Origin: Lingula anatina
Lineage: Eukaryota > Animalia > Brachiopoda
DNA length: 64,000 nucleotides
Assembly (NCBI GenBank): GCA_051362555.1
Contig: CM120640.1
Coordinates: forward strand, 47,036,788-47,100,787
Direction of reading: 5' to 3'
A program made the position numbers and the translations under genes. Below, one piece after another: positions 1 to 12,803 of the stretch. Positions within the stretch are counted from its first letter, which is position 1, and the number at the start of each line of letters is the position of its first letter. The notes under the pieces were generated by a model, which saw only the letters and a list, made by a program, of their open reading frames with translations, was not told the DNA's origin and ran no database searches.

Positions 1-2817
1 AAAGGCATATCTCCGCCAGTTCTGGAGATATAAGGGACGGAAAGTTCATGGTGAAAAGTAGGTCAAAAGTCAATTTCAAAGTTGTCAGTATGACATTCAC
101 AATTTAAGGGGGCAACCATTCCCGGTTATGCTTACACGATCATTATTCACTTTCACACGTGTTGTGATAGGAAAGTTGCAAATAACCAACTCGCATATCC
201 GCTGTCTTCATGTTTTATGAGAATTTTGTCTTTATTTTTCAGACCCACTTATGCTTTACTCATAATACGCCCCAGCAAGCTTTGTGGATCTATCTGTACA
301 TCATTTGAACTCAGAAATATAACAATATGTTTTTTGTTCAAGTTTTATTCTTGCCGCTATTAACTATAAACCGGAAAGAAATTGCTCTTCCATCGAAAAC
401 CACTTAAAATTAACTATTGTACTAATCTGCAAGTAAGATGCAAGATATGGTGGTATGGCAGTTACAGAGAGTTCACTCTTCCAGCTGTTTTCAGCATATG
501 GGAAAAGCTGAGCCCCCCTTCCTTTGTTACAAAAAGGGAGTAGGGGTTAGGTCACCCGCTAACAGCATTGCTACGGAAAAGTTGCAAAGTTCAGTTCATA
601 GTAAAAAGTAGGTCAAAGGCAATTTTCAAGGTCACAGATTGTCAGTATATGACTTCCTAGTGACCATGGGTGTATCTCTGCTAATTAAGGGGTTATTTCA
701 CATTAATATTTTTATGAATATTGCGACGTTGTACATTTTGATATGGCGCAACTTGCAAACCGTATGGAAAAAACGGATACCACCCCCAGTGTGGCGCTTG
801 ACAAGCTTTATACAATGCAAAAAACAAGAGGTTTCTAGCAGTTATGGATGACATGGATCCAGAATTACTGCAAGCAGTATCAAATCAATTGAGTTATGGG
901 GTGCTTTCTCCTAAAATAAAGGCTACAGTCGAGAACGTAAGACCAGTTTATATTTATTCTTTAAAGAGAGTAAGATGGCTTTGAGAGAGTATTTCAGCAG
1001 GTGTCTATATTTTGTAAAGCTTTTCTGGAAGAGGCCATGGTGGCCTAGAAAAATGATACACATGAATCAGCATCTGTGATGCGTGGCTTTTGACAGCGCA
1101 GAAAAGGCTTCTTCCAATTTTGAAATAGCTAAAACCAAGAAATTCTGCTTTAAAGAAAAAAGAAGACATTTTCTTTGGTTTTGGGGTACAATATGTATCT
1201 GTAATTACAATATCAAGGACAAGATTTTATACATTTTTCATATTAAAGAAAAACGATTCTTTACATAGTTTAATCAAATTTGTACATCACATATTTCGTG
1301 TGCATTGTCCTTTTCATTTCTTTCTTGTTGATTTTACTGTTTGATAAAGTTATAGGTAATCTATGCAAATTTTGTCTGCCAAAACAAATATTTTTCAGGG
1401 GAATTTTTTCTCCTATTCACATATCATTACTCAACCTTTCCCTGTACTTGGATTGGATGTTTTATTCCATTTTAATTTAATAATTTAGTTAAAATTGGCT
1501 GGCCGGTTAAGTCATTTGTTTAACATTTTCTGTAATGACATCAACAATTCACTTTCGGCCATTTCCACTTCATACCTCTATAAAATGGCACTATGATTTG
1601 TAGTGTGGCCTTGTATCATGTACTGTTGTCGCTTATGACAACAATTTGCGTTTACAATCGATCGTATCACTAGTCAGCTTTGTATTATTATGCAAATCAT
1701 TTACTCTGTATATATACTGTATGCAGCAGTTCTGGGCGCGGCCACGTTGTACTGACGAGCGAAGGCTCAGGTCGTCGAGACTGAAGTTTTAGTAGGCAAA
1801 ATTTGTGGATCAACACTGGACGGGAAAGCCACATTTCTCTGTACGTATTGTATTCAATTCTATTGTTAATCATTTGCACAACATTTCCGTTTTTTTTTTT
1901 TATAATTAATTTATTATTTCTTTTTATATTTGTATTCAATTTATGTTATATTTGTGTATTTTGTATAATTAGTTTGGTATTTATCTTTCATTATTTTGTT
2001 ATTTTTAGTTTCACCATATCCATGTCAGTGTGCGTGAAATAAAGTGTGAACATTTCCCGTCGTTTGTTTGTTTGGTGTGGGATCCGCAACATGTACAATT
2101 AAACTACAGACAATTGTCTTGAAATTGCAAGATGTCATATATGGCTACCTCCTTGGCTGAGAAGGTAATAGGGATATTAGGCACACTTCAGTTGAATTTT
2201 TATTTAAGACATTTTGTCATCTTTAAGGTCTGGATGGGAAATATAAAGTTTTGCTTTGATAAAGAAATTATTTTGAATCATTTTCAAATTTGGACAAAAC
2301 CCCTTAGACTTAGCCCTGTTAATTTATTTCATGTTACATTTTCTCCTTCACATTCACCTTGTATATATACATACTATTGTAACTAAAGTCAAGATATAGA
2401 TACTCCAATGTGTAACTAGTATTCTAGCGATCATATTGAATAATGCTTCCTGCTAGCTGGTTTAAATATTTTGCAGTGTGATCCTTTTCAATTATTTCTG
2501 AGTGGCAAATGAGTGGTCAAGTTGGCAGTTTTGTTCATCTTTTTAGGCTTGTCCAACCGCTTTTCATTTCATTAATTATTATGGTAGTAATGCAGCCTCT
2601 GCAATAGTACCGGTAGGAATAATTGTTAATGACAAGTATAAGTGCCATACGGCCATAATAGAATTGAACATAAATCTAAACTTTAAAAGAAAAATCAAGT
2701 TAAATCCTGTTTTATTTCATATCATACTGCATTTTGTAAATGTTAAATGCATAATGCTCATCAAGATATAAAAAAAAAACATCTAAATTCAGGAATGTTC
2801 TTGTTGGTTTTTTCTTC

Positions 2818-5800
2818 TTAGCCTATGTTCTTAATAGCAGTATTAAGTTGGGTCCACAATTCGCCCAGATCAGACTGGTAGGCGCCAACCACCTCCTTCA
2901 GCTCCTTCAACTTCTCTTCACCAGCTTCTTGAGTATGGTTAAGAACCTGGTAATAAACCGTGGGAATATAAATGTAATATATTGAAAAAAGCCGTGGAAA
3001 GTTATCCAGAAGATGTTATATTACGAGAATTAGCATGGCTAAGTGGGGAATGGTGTGGGATGCCTCTTGGACACTATAATCTGGCATGACTGCAGTATGA
3101 TGAATTAAATATAATAACAAATAAAAAAGTCTATGCTTAAAAGACCTAAGCTAGGACCTAACAATTCTTACATTATATTGGGTCCTAGACCTAAGCATAC
3201 ATGTGCATGTCTTCAGAATGATTCAAACAAGTACAAAGTTTACTTACGGTCGCAGTCATCAGCTTGATGTTATCCAAATGTCCTCTGGCTTCATCCACTC
3301 TAGCCCCAAGTTTGTCTTTGACAAATTTAGCAAGATCATCGTATTTACCCTTGAACTTTGCAAATACTGACTGCAAGCTGTCCACGAATTTAGCCCAAAG
3401 GGCTCTAGTTGCCCGTTTTCCTGAAAATATAAAAAAATGCAATTAAAAAAAGGAAATGGGGAAAATCACAGTTTTAGACAAGCTGCTTTGTTACCAGTTT
3501 TCCATTTTGTAATGAAAAATTTTTTTTTTTTTGGGGGGGGGGGGGGGGCGTTTAGATAGACCCGTTGATGGGCGTAGGATTTTTAGTGAGGTGCACGTGG
3601 GATGAGGATGGTGGATGTTCAAGGGTTATGCGTTTCAGGTTTAGAGACATTTTTAAGCTTTAAGAAACCAAGAGTTGGGCATTTTTTCAAAAAACTGCTG
3701 TGGTAGGAGCATTATTGATAGTTTCCTTACAGATGTGAATGGAGCAAATATTAAACTTCACATTTATTTTTGTAAATGTTGTCTTTTATTTATTTGTGCA
3801 ATTGCTAAAACAACGGCCATGTTTATATTGTTTTAAAATCTGAAATATATTGTAATTTTTCGGATTATTAAAATGGAAATAAAACTTGAAGATATGCCAA
3901 TCAAGTAAATACATTGTCACGAGTAAATCTACAAAACAAAAACCAAAACATACCGAAAATTCCCTTGAAAAACCCGAAAAACTTGTCAAACATAGATTTA
4001 AATGCTTTATAGAAGTTCTCTCTGATGCCCTGTAATTGTTGAAGAGTACTTTCAATGGCTTTCTTGGCGTCAGCTGTGAGTTTGCTAAGGATGTTCTTGG
4101 CGTCGTTGTAAGCTCCTTTGCCTTCTTCCTTCAACAGTTCGGTGTAGTTAGCGACATTCTGCAGCATGTCGTCAGTAACCTGAAGAAAGATCGATGTTAG
4201 ACGATCGATGCGATCATTTCTTAAAAGTATGTGTTGTTCCTTATTTGTTCTTTATAGACTAATAGTTAGCTGTTCTGAAAACATAAATTTAGGAATATGA
4301 AAATTTTATAGATTTATAATCAACAGTCAAAAAGGGAGAGCATAATGTTTTATAAGTCGCAGTAAAATGCGGTTAATTCACTTTTTTCTGTTGAAGTATA
4401 AATTTAAATGCTTATAAAAACAACTAGATACCTTAGCTCATAAAACAACAAAATATGTAAAACGTTAACAAAAAGTATACCTCGATAACTGAAAGTCAAT
4501 AGGTCGAAAGTGTTAAGATGTAAAAGTCGCATATGAATGTGTTTAGTTCATATTTTGTCTTAAAAACTAAATCCCACAGCGTGTCATGGCAAACACTTTG
4601 ATACCTTCTTTCCTTGTTCAACGGCGTTGTTTATTTGGTTAACAGTCGTCTGGAGAGCAGACTCCAAAGCCTTTCCCCACTCGGTCTGAACAGCACGAAG
4701 GACGCTGCAAAGCAAAATGTTTAAAACTGATAAAATACTTACCGCTTTTAATATTCATACGCCAATAACTTATCTATTTGATTATGTACAAAAACAGTTA
4801 AAAATACTTTATGAGGCGATAAACTCCAATCAACCCCTAGTCACTGGTCATATTAAAAAGATGATTAAGTCTGGCCCTTGTCATGCACGCCACCAAATTC
4901 GAGTAATGTCCAAAAATTCACGTAATTCCATATGTCAAAATAAATAAATAAAATAATAAAAGAAGAAGAAGAAAAATACTTACGCTTTCTTCTCTTCGTC
5001 CAAATCACGCTTGCTGATCTCCTCATCAAAAACGGATCTGAAAGCACGAACGGCAGCCTGGATCTCGTCCTCAGCAGCTGAAACATTACGATATATATAT
5101 TTTTGTGAAATATATGTAATATAAACCACGAACGGCAGCCTGGATCCTCAGCAGCTGAAACATTATGATATATGTAATACAGGGTAGTGTAGGCCTACAT
5201 CGAATGTAGTCACGAGTGGTGTATGCGTGTATCACATACCCATTTATTAAAAGTATAACTGCCGAAAATGAGTATAAAGGTGAATGCATGCACCTTTGAA
5301 ACAGACGCACAAGAAGATAAAAGTAAAAAGAAGCAGGGTAAAAAGAAGCAGGGTCGACATGCGATATACAAAGATTCTACTTGAAACATAACTTTATGTC
5401 TCTAATCCGACTTAAATAATAAGACGTGAGTATTAAAAGAATGGAATAAACTCAAGCATGGTGTTCGAAATATGGCCGATGACGGCCGCATTTATTGAAG
5501 GTCCCTCTAATAAAAGAAATGAAGCAGATAAGTGATAAACAATTAATAGTGTTGATTAATGATATTAACGTAACCAAACTTCCCTTGCATCTATAAAGGG
5601 CTATCGAGCATAAGACTGCATAGAATTTACTCGTCTTTGAAAAACTTACTTTGAATTCAATCGTCAAGATGCTGTATCCAAGTTTCAAGAGCGAACCTTT
5701 AATTAACATTTTAACTAACATTTTGTCTCATTCTGAGAGAAAACGCGTTCCCGGTTCAGGGGGTGGAGTACTTACATCCGGTCAGAGCAATTTGTTTGGC

Positions 5801-8391
5801 GTTTTTGGCGGCATTCACGACTTGGCCCCACAGGGTTCCAAGATCCTGCTTGTAGGGTCTCAAGAACTCGACAACCTCTTCGGTGACGGCCAGGCTAGCA
5901 TTCTTAGCGTGCTCAATGTACTGAAAGTGATCGATGGATTTCAACAGTTTGATGTTTTAATAGGTCGTATATAATTTAAATGATCCCTTAAGTGAAACAG
6001 ACATTTTACCTCCATAAAGCATTTATAGCAAGTTAAATTTATATAAACACGAACGTCTTTTTGGTGGGAAATATGTCTTGTACATTTTAACACCCATGGC
6101 AACACGTTAAAAAATACCTCTAGTGCAACAAGCTTGACGTTATCGAAGTGTCCCTGAACTTTTCCCCACAGATCTCCTGCGTACTGCTTAACAAAAGCCG
6201 AAAGGTCACTGAAACGTCCTAGGAGTTTAGACAAAGAGTCCTTCAAATTTGCCCACCAGTCAAGAACACCACGGTCAGCTAGAACCAGGGCGACGGTCTA
6301 GAATATAAATAAGGCTAAGTTTCTCGCCAAATAATATTAAATACGAATGAGAAAATGTATCAAGAATATGCTAGTGGTGTATGTCTATGGGGTACAGCCC
6401 TTGAGATACAAGGATAGCAGGTTCATCTAAAACGACGAAAAGATTTAATTATTCATTACTTGATAATAAAAATTGAGATCACGAACAGAGACGAAAGACT
6501 GCTAAAATATTCACTCGGATTAAACGATTTAATATTGATATAGTATATACGAATGATATACTGTTTTTGAAAAATGGATTACTAATATTGACAATGACCA
6601 TCTTGAACTAAAAGTATCAAAACGCCATCAACATGTTTGTTTCAAGTATTTATCGCGCTGCACATAGTTGCCCTTACCTCATCGAGGAGTTCTTGCTCGA
6701 AGTTTTCAAAGAGATCACGCTTGCCTGTAAAGTGAAGTAAATGAATAAAATTTAGAGATTACGCAATTGTTGAAAATTAAATGTACATGCAATTACTCCA
6801 TTTATTCCACGTGTACTTAAAACTTAAAGCTGCGTTAACCTTAGATCTAAAGAGGAAGAGCAATTCCTCATAAGTTCTTTTAGAAAAAAATATTTGCTTA
6901 ATTCTTAGAAACAAATTGCAGAGACGGATGAGCCAAGAAAGTGGTGAGGAGCACAGTTAATGCCTAATGCCTCTTTGAAATTGCAAAGAAACATAAAAAC
7001 GTCACTATCAGTATAATAGGACGCTGAAGAAATACCCAACGATTCATTCAACACCAGATTGACTTTTATCTCTTTAAATTAGATCTTGATTAAGGTAGAA
7101 ATGCAATGATAAGAACAATATTAAACTTACCAAAAATCCCGGCCACCCAGCCAGTGAAACCAGAGAGCTTATCTTTCAGACTGCTCAAAATGGCCTTGGC
7201 ATCGGCCAGGTACTTGCCACCAAGTGCCTTAAGCTGCTCAGTCAGCTCTTGGGCCTGTTCAAGGAGAGCCTTGCTGACCTTGAATAAATGTAATGTTAAT
7301 TATTTGTTAGAGGAAATCGCCGTCTTAGTAAAGTAAGCCTATGCGTATTATTTGGTGATTGAAAATTCTGAAACCAATTCAACCTTTAAAAAGACATAAA
7401 CGTAAATCATTTACTACATACAACGTTAATACCTTCTGTTCATCTATTTTTAATGATAATTCTCAAAATCATTTTAATGGGACGTATACATTCGCAAACG
7501 TACGTGGTGCGTTTTTTCTAGGGCTGAGTTTATCTTATCGGTGACATTCTTCAGTTTTTCCTCCAGCTGCTGTCCAAGAACAGTCTGAGTTGCCCTTGCA
7601 ATTCTGTAATCAACACGATCAAATTTCTTACTTCTTCAAGATTATCAATAATGGATTATCTCAATAGTATAAGCAAAAGTATGACTACGTATATCCGAGA
7701 TGATATGGACCACATAAACGACAGCTATTCAAAAACTTATTTCCAAAGAGAAAATAACTTAAATATTAATTACAAAGCAACTGCGATACATGTAGATCAC
7801 ACATATTGGTCACAATTATATGACGGCTGATACGTGATTAAGTTGGTAAGTAGTGATTTAGATTCTAGAAATAGTAGCTGTTACTTACGGGTTAGTATCA
7901 CGAATATGACGTGGTGAGTTGATTTCACTCACGAGAGAGGAAATCTCATTGTCCAGATTCACTGCAAAAAAAAAAAAAAAATGAATAGTCAGAAGGCATT
8001 TAGCTAATGACACATCGTGATCGTGGCTTTGAGAATGCTATCTATTATATTATATTATATTATATTATATTATATTATATTATATTATTATTTAGTATAA
8101 CGTCCTCTGTAAGATAAATAAAGTTTATTCTAAAAGTTTTACCCTAATGATTTAAAATTAATGATGTTTTGGTAAGTACCAAATGCATAAAAACAGAAAC
8201 GGATAGTTTTTTAAAATTTGAACCATCCACGAATTGCTGTTTGCTGCAAATAGAATAGGTCCAAGATACCAATACATATGTAACCATGAACATGTAACTG
8301 AAAAGAAAAAACTTAATAAACACTTACGGCGAACGAAATCGGCATGGGCACCAACAAAGGCGGCAACAAGTACAAGAAACAAGACCTTCAT
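2818..8391 (-). CDS. G1: secreted Cys-free amphipathic-helix polyprotein precursor (SP-pro-A1-GKR-spacer-B1-linker-A2-GKR-B2), 12 coding exons, 492 aa, intact
   Basis: Coding exons (minus): 8391-8328, 7961-7889, 7603-7504, 7278-7131, 6724-6678, 6297-6118, 5920-5776, 5077-4984, 4704-4605, 4179-3954, 3420-3248, 2946-2818. All introns GT..AG with compatible phases; 1479 nt open to TAA. Starts MKVLFLVLVAAFVGAHA (signal-peptide-like); sites RHIR, GKR x2, SKR. AATAAA at 2711-2716. Exon structure matches paralogs. Confidence 0.88.
8043..8090. repeat. (TATAT)n microsatellite in a G1 intron
   Basis: Pentamer repeat read directly. Confidence 0.85.
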
Positions 8392-8639
8392 AATTGCTGA
8401 AATAAAACAACCAACATATAGACTCAGAGATACTCACAGATTCAAAATATTTGACAGATTACATGAGAAAATATTTCATGTCACACGGGTTCCCAAATAG
8501 GCTGTAAGTTCCCAATAAGTATAATTTATGATTTCCGAAACCCAAGGCATTCTATTCCAAACTGCAGATTGACAGCAGGTAACTCAATAAAACGACGGGA
8601 AATTTTAATTTACTAGGAAACTTTATGATCTCAGCTTAC

Positions 8640-8743
8640 CTTGCTGCCCGTATGAATATATGGAGTGAATCACCACAGAATCTCATCGGTTTTTATAGTA
8701 TTACAGTGTGAGAGTGCGTGGTATGTGTCTTATCTTACGTGAC
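8640..8743 (-). promoter_or_regulatory. G1 core promoter and short non-coding exon 1
   Basis: TATAAAA at 8691-8697; GTAAG donor after 8640; GTCACGTAAGATAA at 8730-8743, shared with G2, G4 and G5. Confidence 0.65.
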
Positions 8744-11700
8744 GAGGTGGGAAGCAGTACGAGACATTACGCGTCACCTTTCAACACGCATTTAGCACAA
8801 GGCGTGATTAGGTGTGTATTTAGAATTACGATGACCGTTTTGGGACACATATTCCGCCTACTTGTAGTGTACTTATCATACTCAGAAATATATTACCACT
8901 TTGATTTTGAAAGGTGGCCAGTGGTCCAAATTCCTTTGTCCTTCTAACATATTGCATCTGCTTTTTGGTTTCTTGTCAGGAACAGTCCGTGATCTATTAT
9001 CTTCTGATTTTCAGCTAAGCAGGTCCAGTTGATGCTCTTTAAACGACAAAGTACTTCATATTTATTGCGATTAGAAAACCAAGAAAAAATTATGTTAGAA
9101 CATAATATCTTTTAAATTGTAAGTCAATCTGGTAATGGTGGATGAAGATCCAGGATATTTCATAAAGTAAACATGTTTTCACCTTCAGTTCCCCCCTTTA
9201 ACCCTTATAATGTATTAAAATCTTCAAGCAAATTCCTTTTATTCTTTTTTTCACTGTTATGCCATGTAAGCAGGTGTAAGCAGCTGATTCTATTATGAAT
9301 CTTATGGGCATAGCACTTTTCTTAATTAGGATATGGGATAAAAGTCGACGATTAAAATAGTCCAAACATATTGTGCCTGTTTTATTTCGCATCTTAATTT
9401 AAGCATCTTAAATTCAGAAATACATTTGTTCTTATTGTGATTGTATTTAAATTTTTAACTGTTGTAAGAAAGTATACACAGTGTACAGAACGTGTCCAAA
9501 GTGATTAAAAATGAGGAATAGAATTGCCCATGTTTTGTAATAAGAAACAAGGGCGGCATGTTTTGTGGTCATTTTGCGGTCCAATCATTGGAAAGGAGAA
9601 ATTAAGATATTCCACTTAAAGATTAATTTAGAGTTTCATCAAACTAAAAAATAAAAGATGCACGCTTTGAAAAAGAAAGTTTGTTTCCATTTATCCAGTT
9701 AAAAACAATCTAGCAAATATGAATATCATTTTGCAGTAAAGGAAATGTATGACGTGTTACAAATGTAAAGGATAACTTGATTATGTTAGTGTAAGTAAGA
9801 TCACATACTAAGCCTGAAACATCTTTATTTTCAGGCATTTCTCTCTGGTATCAACTCAATTGAGTAATGCGTAGGCCTACTCCTAAACTTTGAGACTACA
9901 GACAAGAATGTGGGACCGGACGAGAAACCAGACGACTCTCAAGGCCAATAACCCACGCGGGTCACCAGACAGAGCTTATCTACTAGTGTCAAAGAAGATT
10001 AGGTGCTCGAACTAAGGTCTATTTAAAATAAGTATGAGAAAAAGTGCAAATCCTTTTAATGTCTCCTACATACCCACACACAGCTCTAGTTGTAGGTACT
10101 GTCCACATGCAGTTATTCCTTACTATAGGCCTACAGTATGTGTGATTAATACTTAAGACATTTTGTTTAAAGTTACTAGATTTAAAAGGACTCAAGGTAC
10201 GTTATTTAGCTTATAAGCATTAATCAAAGTATGTGATGGCAATTGTCATCATGGCAATTATAGTATATAATTTTTCAATCATATTGCGACTATATTTAGT
10301 ATTTCGTGTTTAGTTCTGAAGTCACTTTAATCACTTCGTAATGAACGCAATGGCAGTTTATAGAGGCTTTGACTATATGTTGGTTAAAGGTACATACGAA
10401 CCGAGCATCGGTGGAGCGTGGATTCTCAGTAACACATGTAAACCACTTCTACTAGATTCTTATATGACTCAAATAAATTCGACATGCCAAGGGATAAACT
10501 GAATAGATCACTCGATCAGCCATAAAAGAACTTTAGACTGCCCCTTTCTTTAAATTTATGGTTGTAAATTTAACCTACTTTCGTGACCTACTTTCCTGCC
10601 CCATTGACATACAGCTAAGAATGCCAGCAGAAAAATCCGTTCAAACATCATTTTCGGGTAAAATTAAACAATGCCTTTTGGTAATTCTCTTAGTTATACT
10701 ACTTAAAACTATATGCTGACATTTGGTTGGTTTTTGTGACAAAAAATTGACTTTGTATGCATCTTTAATTTCCAAAAAAAATATTTGTGTAGTTATGGTT
10801 CTGTTGTTTTACCACTCTGATATAGTAGGCAAAATATACAGAACATTCTTTTGTTACCCAAAAGATTTTTTCGTGCATACTTTTTTTACAATCATAAAAC
10901 ACTCCTTTTTAACTTGGATGTATGGCACAGACCCTTCAAATTTTCACAACTTTCAAACATTCTAATCTAGCCGTCAGTTCATAGGCTTTCCCTTATTTTC
11001 ATTATGGCGGGGATTTTTAAGCTCTAACGTAATATCTGTTATTAGTATTATTCATAATTACACAACTCTCCGTTATTAACTTTCAATAAAAATATTGTAA
11101 TTGCCTCATTACATAGGTAATGGTTTTATACTTGAGCCCAACTTCTATCAAAGCAAAGTTTCCACTAACTATGATAGAATGAAAACTTATCTGTCTTGTT
11201 GCTATCTGTTACTACAAAATTGTACTCTTTGATTCTCTTTGATTCTCTTCTCTTTCATTCTTTGACTCATTGACATGTGTAAGCTTCATAAATTATCAAG
11301 TGTAAAATTTATTTCACTAAATGCATAAGATGATATTTGTTTCCTAAACTAATTTTCATTTTAACATAGTCAATTTTATTTTTGAACTTGCCACTTCGAT
11401 TTTAAAAATGGACTGCTGTCCTTGATAATTTTTTTCTTCAGTATGCTAAATTTAGTCTTACTATTTACAATCATCGTTTTGTCTGTGTTCTAAATTACAG
11501 AATGCAAAACTGCTGAAAACGATCCCATTATGCAGTGAAGCTCCACTGCTTAGTTTCGTTTTGTTGTCTTCTATCCTTGAATTGAAATCGCAGTGATAAT
11601 TCTTTAGAAATAATATCGACTAACAAACTGGCAAAAGGGGCAATGAGAGTACTATGATGGCCATTATCTTGACAAACACGTTGCTTGTTTTCTAAAATGT

Positions 11701-12803
11701 CGGGAATGAACAGGTGTATTTCTTTGATATGAGAGCCGCAGGACCAAACTGCTGAATTCAAAGTATCGATTTTTTTTCAAACTGCAGAACATGACGTAAC
11801 TTAAAATATAAATAAAATTGTGTAGAGATTCAGTTTGTATTGATTTTTACAATTACCACACACTATGATATACCTGCAACGATAGTTCGCTACAAGGGTT
11901 TCCATCTGGAGAATAGATTACAGGTAGCCGCATCATCTTACCCTTATATTACAAGGTATCTCTTATTTATTGTTGTAGGTTAACAAGCACCAGTGTGGCT
12001 TTTATTTTACGAGCGTCTCATTTTTAAGGAGGGAGAACTGATTTGTTTAAAAACAAAAAAATCCAGATTGTCAAGATTATCAACGACCTGATAATTGCAA
12101 ACTTCCGATAAAAACAAGTACTTTAAAGATTACGCAGAATGCATCAATTGAAAAAAAATGTGCAAAAGAATGAGCAGGCGCTTGTTATAGAATGCAAATA
12201 TCTTATAATATTAAAATTTATGCTCTGGACAGATTTTTTCTCAATCTACACCCCCCCACCTACCGTATGTCACCATCCTTAACCACTGGTGGGGTCAAAG
12301 AAGATTCCATAGCAGACCCAGGAAGACATCTTAATCTAGATGTTATTAAATCTTGCCAATGATGGGCATTTTTTTGTTGATCAGATCAAAATGCATTGGA
12401 TCGAGAAAGAATGTACGTAATATACATTTGTCCATGACACTAAGACAATTTCCTTTTGTCCATCAACTGCATCTTACTTTACTTTGCATGCAGCTTGGTC
12501 TCTGGGAATTTGATCACTCTTTTCAATACCTCTGATGTCTTTTTAAACATTTTCGAAGTTTAAACAAACAAAATAGCAGCCTGGAAGTTTTTTTTTAATC
12601 TTCTACAACAGCTCTATGGGGGAATGATTTTCTGAAATGATACATAAAAATGACCCATGTTTAACAATGTACCACCGAGATACATCAAATTCATATTTTT
12701 ATTTCCCATGAAAGTGTTTGGATATAACAATAAATGTCAAATTTTGTCATTATTACAAAACTTAGTTACTCTGGATCCTTTAAAACGTAAAAGTTGCATT
12801 TGT

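Noticed and set aside
1-850. Repeated AAAGTAGGTCAAA...TTGTCAGTAT motif at ~55 and ~605
   Set aside because: Probably a decayed Helentron-like or satellite remnant, but boundaries cannot be defined.
1280-2042. Hydrophobic ORFs resembling membrane proteins
   Set aside because: Products of T-rich low-complexity DNA, with no splice or homology support.
5651-5974. Recurrent plus-strand ORFs (also 20353-20598, 44459-44788, 54907-55236, 62422-62736)
   Set aside because: Antisense shadows of the minus-strand exons; they recur only because the exons are paralogous.
2818-8391. Naming the family apolipoprotein/apolipophorin-III, LEA protein or nematode polyprotein allergen
   Set aside because: Only generic amphipathic-helix resemblance; no diagnostic motif I can verify, so no gene symbol is given.
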